In this document: one piece after another, positions 58,394 to 64,000 of the stretch
Layout: every line of letters starts with the position of its first letter
How positions within the stretch are numbered: position 1 is the first letter of the stretch
Source of the DNA: an uncultured delta proteobacterium
GTDB lineage: Bacteria; Desulfobacterota; Syntrophia; Syntrophales; Smithellaceae
Reading direction: 5' to 3'
Assembly (NCBI GenBank): GCA_963812045.1
Contig: CAWETF010000003.1
Coordinates: 154,555 to 218,554, forward strand
DNA length: 64,000 bases
Program-made: the position numbers and the translations under genes
The notes under the pieces: model-generated
The model's input: only the letters and a program-made list of their open reading frames with translations
Database searches by the model: none
Told to the model about the DNA's origin: nothing

Positions 58394-59074
58394 ATGGCCG
58401 AATCTACTAAAGAACCGCAATACCAAGTTTGCTTTGAAACCCTTGAGCAATATGGTTGTCAAAAATTTGGAATTATGAGCAACCATACATGGGTAAATGA
58501 TCCCAAGCGTCTTCTTTTTTTATTGGCGCGTTATAAATTTGTCGGTCAAATGTTTGCAGGTTTTAAATCTGTTCTGGAAATAGGTTGCGCTGATGCTTTT
58601 GGATCAAGGATCGTAGCACAAAGTGTTAAAAATCTGGTAGTATCCGATTTTGATCCAGTATTTATTGCCGATGTAAAACAAAGAAATATCTCCAAATTTT
58701 CGTGTGAATGTATAGAGCATGATATTTTAAAAGGTCCAATGGATAGATCGTTTGACGGTGTTTTTTCACTCGATGTGTTAGAACATATAGCCCCTGAATC
58801 GGAAGATGTATTTTTTCGTAATATTGTCCTATCTTTGAACAAATCCGGTGTTCTCATTATCGGCACACCTTCACTCAATTCCCAGGCTTTCGCCTCACCG
58901 GAAAGTAAAGCAGGACACATTAACTGTAAATCCTTCCCCGCACTTAAAGCTTTATTAAGCCGCTATTTTAAGAATGTTTTCATTTTCTCGATGAACGATG
59001 AAGTGGTTCATACCGGATATCAAGAAATGGCGCATTACTTTTTAGGATTGTGTTGTTATCCTTATAAATTATAA
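58394..59074 (+). CDS. class I SAM-dependent methyltransferase
   Basis: VLEIGCADAFG, DVLEHI, FSMNDEVVHTG. Confidence 0.85.
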   Translation: MAESTKEPQYQVCFETLEQYGCQKFGIMSNHTWVNDPKRLLFLLARYKFVGQMFAGFKSVLEIGCADAFGSRIVAQSVKNLVVSDFDPVFIADVKQRNISKFSCECIEHDILKGPMDRSFDGVFSLDVLEHIAPESEDVFFRNIVLSLNKSGVLIIGTPSLNSQAFASPESKAGHINCKSFPALKALLSRYFKNVFIFSMNDEVVHTGYQEMAHYFLGLCCYPYKL

Positions 59075-59938
59075 ATGACAAAAACTGCAAAAATTTTGAT
59101 TATTGGTGGGAAGAGCAATTTGGGATTTGCAATTGCTGAATACTACAGGAAGCAGGGTATTTCTCCACTACAAACGAGTAGAAACCCAACAGATTCAGAT
59201 TGTATATTTTTGGATCTATTAAACCCTGATGTAACCAATTTACCGAAAAGCATTCAATGTATCTTCCTGTGCGCAGCGGTCACTTCAATAGAACAGTGTG
59301 AAAAAAATCCTGGATATAGTCGACAGGTCAATGTAGACTCAATACAACCACTTGTTGAATATGCCAATGCCTGCGGCGGCAAAATCATTTATCCATCCAC
59401 CAGTATGATTTTTGATGGTAGTTTACCTGCACCAGCGGCGCTGTCACCGCTTAATCCCATTAGCGAATACGGGCGGCAAAAAGCGGACGCGGAAGAAATA
59501 ATCAGAACACAAGCAGACAGTTTTTCCATTATTCGTTTTTCGAAAATAATTTCGTCACCATTCAAGCTTTTTACCTTTTGGCTTGAGGCCATGAAAAAAG
59601 GTCAAGAGATCTTTGCCTTCAAAGATATGTATTTTTCTCCCATAAATATGAAATTTGCCGTGAATGTGTTGACATGTATTGCCGCGCTGCCCGAAAATAT
59701 AATGATCAATTGTTCTGCATCGGACCAGTTGAGTTACTACGAAGCCGCGTGTTTTTTGGCGAAACATGCCGGGCTGGATACAAGATTGATTATTCCATCA
59801 AGTGCCACTGACTCAGGCTTAACCCATAATTGTCGGTATGTAACTCTAGGTACAAGAGAGTTGCAGGATAAGCTTGGTCTCCTCCCCCCCAGTACCATAA
59901 ACTTTTTAAAGGATTACTTGTTGGATGATGCCTTATAA
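59075..59938 (+). CDS. RmlD-like NDP-4-keto-sugar reductase
   Basis: CAAVTS...CE..P....VN, YGRQK. Confidence 0.8.
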   Translation: MTKTAKILIIGGKSNLGFAIAEYYRKQGISPLQTSRNPTDSDCIFLDLLNPDVTNLPKSIQCIFLCAAVTSIEQCEKNPGYSRQVNVDSIQPLVEYANACGGKIIYPSTSMIFDGSLPAPAALSPLNPISEYGRQKADAEEIIRTQADSFSIIRFSKIISSPFKLFTFWLEAMKKGQEIFAFKDMYFSPINMKFAVNVLTCIAALPENIMINCSASDQLSYYEAACFLAKHAGLDTRLIIPSSATDSGLTHNCRYVTLGTRELQDKLGLLPPSTINFLKDYLLDDAL

Positions 59939-61070
59939 CTGTCATATTTGCTTTTCCGAATGTACGGAATTCGACATTAAAGATTTGCGCGGAGTGAGTT
60001 CCGATTGCCGTCCCTGTAATGGGGTTTCAAATCTTGCAGTCTGTACCAGCTGCGGTCAAGTGCAACGGATTGCGGATCAGACGTTTTTTGACGAGTGTCA
60101 AAAAATATACGAATCATATGCCGTTTATTTTCAAGGCCAAGGTGCGGAACAAAAAGTTTTTGATCAACACGTTATGATAAACCGTTCGCAAAAAGTCATA
60201 AATGGAATAAAAGACCTGCTTCCCATCTCAGCAAGAGGAAAACTGTTGGATATTGGTTGCGGAAATGGTAATTTTCTCAAAACATTTGGAAAGTTTTACC
60301 CTCAATGGCAACTGTATGGTATGGAACAAAATGAACTTTACCGTGATGAAGTTCTGGCAATCAATGGTGTCGAAAAATTCTTCATTGCGGGACAGGAACT
60401 TATAAAAGATAAATTTGACTTAGTGGTATTGTTTCATACCCTTGAGCATATATATCGGCCAGTGGAATGGCTTAAAAACATATCTTTGCTTCTAACTGAA
60501 AACGGCATGTTATTAATTCAGGTTCCAAGTTGGCAGGAAAACCCTTTTGACCTTATGATTGTCGACCATTGTTCGTTCTTCAGTTTCACTACCTTGAAGA
60601 ATCTGTTGTATCGCGCCGGATTAGGCAACCTATACCTAGCCCAATCGTTCGTCGCCAAAGAACTGGCTATTGTCGCAGGAAAAGGCTCAACAACGATAAT
60701 ATTTGAAAATCAAAATTCAGGAGGAAAATTATTGCATAGCCGAATTGAATGGTTGCGAAAATTAAAGCAGCAAGCGACAAATTCCTTGTCAGGCACCGTG
60801 GATTGCGGGATCTTTGGTTCCTCTATCGCCGCCAGTTGGCTTTATGCGAATATTGACACTACCATGATAAGTTATTTTCTTGATGAAGATAATAGCCGAA
60901 TAGGTCAGACAATGTTGGGTAAGCCAATTATTTCTCCGCTGGAATTACCATATCAGGGGACCGTGTTTATCCCGTTCCCTAATAAAATCTCCGAAGTTGT
61001 TGTTCAACGTATGAAACAAATACGTCCGGATATAAAATGGCTGACGCCAGCTACTGCACTTCAAGGATAG
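59925..61070 (+). CDS. SAM-dependent methyltransferase with N-terminal Zn ribbon (sugar C-methyltransferase-like)
   Basis: CHIC...CTSC, LLDIGCGNG, HTLEHI, C-terminal Rossmann-like GIFGS. Confidence 0.8.
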   Translation: MMPYNCHICFSECTEFDIKDLRGVSSDCRPCNGVSNLAVCTSCGQVQRIADQTFFDECQKIYESYAVYFQGQGAEQKVFDQHVMINRSQKVINGIKDLLPISARGKLLDIGCGNGNFLKTFGKFYPQWQLYGMEQNELYRDEVLAINGVEKFFIAGQELIKDKFDLVVLFHTLEHIYRPVEWLKNISLLLTENGMLLIQVPSWQENPFDLMIVDHCSFFSFTTLKNLLYRAGLGNLYLAQSFVAKELAIVAGKGSTTIIFENQNSGGKLLHSRIEWLRKLKQQATNSLSGTVDCGIFGSSIAASWLYANIDTTMISYFLDEDNSRIGQTMLGKPIISPLELPYQGTVFIPFPNKISEVVVQRMKQIRPDIKWLTPATALQG

Positions 61071-61169
61071 GATTTCCACATGTAGAAAGTAGCAATGTTG
61101 ACGAAATGAAAAGGATTTAACGGTTTCAAGTATAGACTTCAAAACTTTGACGGAGTTGTGCAAACAGGC

Positions 61170-61472
61170 AGCATCCAGTATTCGAGCAGGACAAGGTCTT
61201 GAATTGAGAAATAAAAAATAAAAGAATTCTAACGTGATATGCTATAAAGATTTGGGGGTAGGTTATCCGGAAAGCCAAAAATACGCATCGGTCTGAGGTA
61301 AAGAAGACCATGCCAATTGCAAGACGGGATAGAATTAAAGAAAACCGTAATTAAATATTTTGAGCGTGTTTTTGTATTCAGCATGAATGATGAGGTTGTG
61401 CATACTGGATTTTATCCAATGGCACATTCCTTATTCACTCTTGCTGGTTACCCTAGAAATGAGAATAGATGA
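61170..61472 (+). pseudogene. decayed paralog of the 58394-59074 methyltransferase
   Basis: 61353-61472 reads KYFERVFVFSMNDEVVHTGFYPMAH; upstream KYASV*GKEDHANCK contains stops; start approximate. Confidence 0.75.
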
Positions 61473-61484
61473 AAGGACTATAAG

Positions 61485-62291
61485 ATGCCGCCGTATGTTT
61501 TTTTAGATTCAGGAAAAGTGCTTGAGCATGTGCTACAATACTATGATAGAGACCTCACCATTATGATCCCTTGTTATAATGAAGAGTCTAACATCATTGA
61601 TACGCTTAATATTTTGGTGTCAGTTTTACGCCAGATGTCGTTTTCCTGGGAAATAATAGCTGTCGATGATGCATCGGAAGATAATACCAAGGAGTTGATT
61701 CAAGGTTACATTAATGAACATCCAGATTATGGTATCCGTTTGTTAGTAAGGAAGGAAAATGCAGGTTTATCCAGGAATTATATTGACGGAGCTTTTTTGG
61801 CAAAAGGCAGATATTATAAATTAGTTTGTGGAGATAATGCCGAACCCAAAGAAAGTTTGGAAAAAATTTTTGGTTTATTAGGAAAGGCTGATTGTATTAT
61901 ACCTCATCATATCAAAGTGACAGGAAAGTCTTTTTTTAGAAATATGCTTTCAAAAGTATATACATTTTTAGTCAATCTTATCGGTGGATATAGAATAAAA
62001 TACTATAATGGATGTGCGTTATGTTTAACTTACAATGTCATGCGTTGGCATACCGGCTATAGCGGTTTTTGTTTTCAAGCAGATATTATTGTCAGATCAC
62101 TGGATGAGGGAATGAGTTATTTGGAAATTCCTGTTATGGCTCAGGAGAGAAAATTCGGTTCTTCGCAAGCGATTAAATTAAAGAATTTTTTTTCGGTAGG
62201 TCATTTTTTCATAGATTTGATAATTCGACGTGCAGCAAAAATATATAGTGCGTATGAAAAAGGTGTTCAAAAGTCACATTCAAAGAAATGA
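61485..62291 (+). CDS. GT2 polyprenol-phosphate glycosyltransferase (DPM1/GtrB-like)
   Basis: IPCYNEE, VDDASEDNT, NAGL, R.FGSS. Confidence 0.85.
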   Translation: MPPYVFLDSGKVLEHVLQYYDRDLTIMIPCYNEESNIIDTLNILVSVLRQMSFSWEIIAVDDASEDNTKELIQGYINEHPDYGIRLLVRKENAGLSRNYIDGAFLAKGRYYKLVCGDNAEPKESLEKIFGLLGKADCIIPHHIKVTGKSFFRNMLSKVYTFLVNLIGGYRIKYYNGCALCLTYNVMRWHTGYSGFCFQADIIVRSLDEGMSYLEIPVMAQERKFGSSQAIKLKNFFSVGHFFIDLIIRRAAKIYSAYEKGVQKSHSKK

Positions 62292-62712
62292 TAAATGCTG
62301 ACGAGATCATATGAAAGTTTTGGTTTGCGGTTTGATCGTTTTTTCTGAAAGCGTATTTTTATTCATTATGTTATTTGGAAGATTAGGTTAACAAAAAAGA
62401 ATCAGATATTTTTTTATTAAATATTTTTAGGTTATTTATCTTTAACGTTATTGCATAAGAAACAATTATTATCAGATTAAACCTTGTCTGTTTTCGAAAA
62501 TTAAGATAAAAAAGTAAAGAATTATGGTTCTCCGTTTATTGATTGATGTTACTATATATTGTATTTGTTTTACGATAAATGAAGCTATCTGTTGTGAACA
62601 TATATCATTCCAATGAGCTGCATTCCGAATCAATAAAACTTTTTATTGATTATTCTGCTTCTTTTCTATAACCTACACCATCAAATAAATATGGTATTTT
62701 CCTAATCAATAG

Positions 62713-63123
62713 ATGAGTCTTATAAAAAAAATACTCCATAATAGAATTACTCACTTTTTTCTGGTAAGCGGACTGAATACGATTTTTGGATACGGATTGT
62801 TCGCTTTATTGATTTATGTCGGTTTGCATTATGCGCTGGCTACTTTTATTACTACGATAATAGCTTTGTTGTTTAATTTTAAAACAACGGGTCTATTGGT
62901 GTTCGAAAATAAGGAGAACGGATTAATTTTAAAATTTGTCGGAGTTTCCGGAATCAGGTATATTGTGACTGTCCTTTTTCTTGCTATATTTAAAAATTTT
63001 GGAATAAATGAATACATTGGTCAGGCAATTCTTATTATTCCGTTGGGGTTTTTCGGTTATTTTTTAAATCATTATTTTGTTTTTAATAAAACAAAATTCT
63101 CCGAAGAAATAATTATAAGTTAG
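62713..63123 (+). CDS. GtrA-family flippase-like protein
   Basis: FFLVSGLNTIFGY, FNFKTTG.LVF; 4 TM. Confidence 0.85.
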   Translation: MSLIKKILHNRITHFFLVSGLNTIFGYGLFALLIYVGLHYALATFITTIIALLFNFKTTGLLVFENKENGLILKFVGVSGIRYIVTVLFLAIFKNFGINEYIGQAILIIPLGFFGYFLNHYFVFNKTKFSEEIIIS

Positions 63124-63276
63124 AAAATTATTTAAAAATAAAAAAAGAAACATTGTATTTAATATAAGTAGTGATAGATTACATAGCATTATTTATAAAT
63201 CTTCTTAAATTTTCAGATGAGAAAAATTGAAGTTTTTATTATATTATATAATGTGAAGCTCTAATAAGGACTGAAC

Positions 63277-64000
63277 ATGAAGGTCAGCATTCTGGGTGCT
63301 CGGGGACATATTGCCAGAAGTCTTATTTCTCTTTATATGGAGAAGGTTGAATTGTCTGATCTGGAACTATATTCGAGAGAGCCTGCGAGTTTGATTTCGG
63401 AAATAAAGGGTGCTAAAGTTTATTCGTCCGAAGATTTCATACGTCATGATCATGATGTCATTATCAACTGCATAGGAATATCCAATTTAAAAGGCCGGAT
63501 GGATTTTGGACCGGCAATATTCAATATACATGAGACTTGGGATAATAATATTTTGGATTATCTTAAGAAAAACGGGAAATCTCTTTATATCAGCTTAAGC
63601 AGCGGTGCCGTATATGGTAGAAATTTTCAGAATCCTATTACGGAGCAATCCTGTTTTTTAAGCGGAATGACGGAAATTTCACCTATGGATTATTATGGCG
63701 TTTCCAAATTGAATTCTGAAGCAAAACACCGATCTTTTGAGAATCTGAGCATTGTTGATTTACGTATTTTTAGCTATGTAAGCAAATTTATAGATTTCAA
63801 TTCCAATTTTCTTGTTTCGGAAATAATGACGGCCATAAAAAATAAACAAACTTTTATTACAAATGATGTCAATATTGTGAGAGACTATCTTCATCCAGAG
63901 GATATGTTGCAGGTTATTTATCTTGTGATAAAACGCTGGAAGGAAACAGGCTTTGTCAATGACGCTTTTAACACTTACAGCAAAAAGCCGATAACCAAAA
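63277..64000 (+). CDS. NAD-dependent epimerase/dehydratase (3'-partial)
   Basis: Not in the ORF track because it has no stop in the window: MKVSILGARGHIA, SSGAVYG, YGVSK, RDYLH. Confidence 0.85.
   Translation, partial: MKVSILGARGHIARSLISLYMEKVELSDLELYSREPASLISEIKGAKVYSSEDFIRHDHDVIINCIGISNLKGRMDFGPAIFNIHETWDNNILDYLKKNGKSLYISLSSGAVYGRNFQNPITEQSCFLSGMTEISPMDYYGVSKLNSEAKHRSFENLSIVDLRIFSYVSKFIDFNSNFLVSEIMTAIKNKQTFITNDVNIVRDYLHPEDMLQVIYLVIKRWKETGFVNDAFNTYSKKPITK

Overview
Bacterial chromosomal window. Gene content and order (pgpA-cinA-thpR-recA-recX-alaS, class III phaEC, TPR-fused membrane glycosyltransferases) suggest an anaerobic Desulfobacterota/Syntrophales (Smithella-like) organism; this is inference only. 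Layout: 1-12.4 kb holds housekeeping and accessory singletons plus tRNA-Glu. At 12.7-13.9 kb an IS481-family element sits inside a REP-like palindrome. At 17.6-26.3 kb the recA/alaS gene run lies opposite a LexA/UmuD-type repressor that carries a GAAC-N4-GTTC palindrome in its promoter. At 26.3-31.9 kb are three tandem TMTC-like GT-C/TPR genes. At 31.9-38 kb is a PHA locus: phaE, phaC, a GAF protein, phaJ and a divergent atypical PhaC-like gene, with about ten +1 frameshifts that are probably sequencing errors. At 38-64 kb is a large glycan island for unusual sugars: a ThDP enzyme/aldolase/SDR/dehydroquinate-synthase-like operon, a heptose-type activation set, a split transketolase, methyltransferases, GT2, two GtrA flippases and a GT87-like enzyme. 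The best candidates for undescribed biology are (i) a branched or carbocyclic higher-sugar pathway exported on a polyprenyl carrier to GT-C enzymes, (ii) modular REP-like palindromes that bracket foreign genes, (iii) the atypical second PhaC and (iv) the leaderless LexA with a Firmicute-type box. Annotations come from motif recognition only; no database searches were run.
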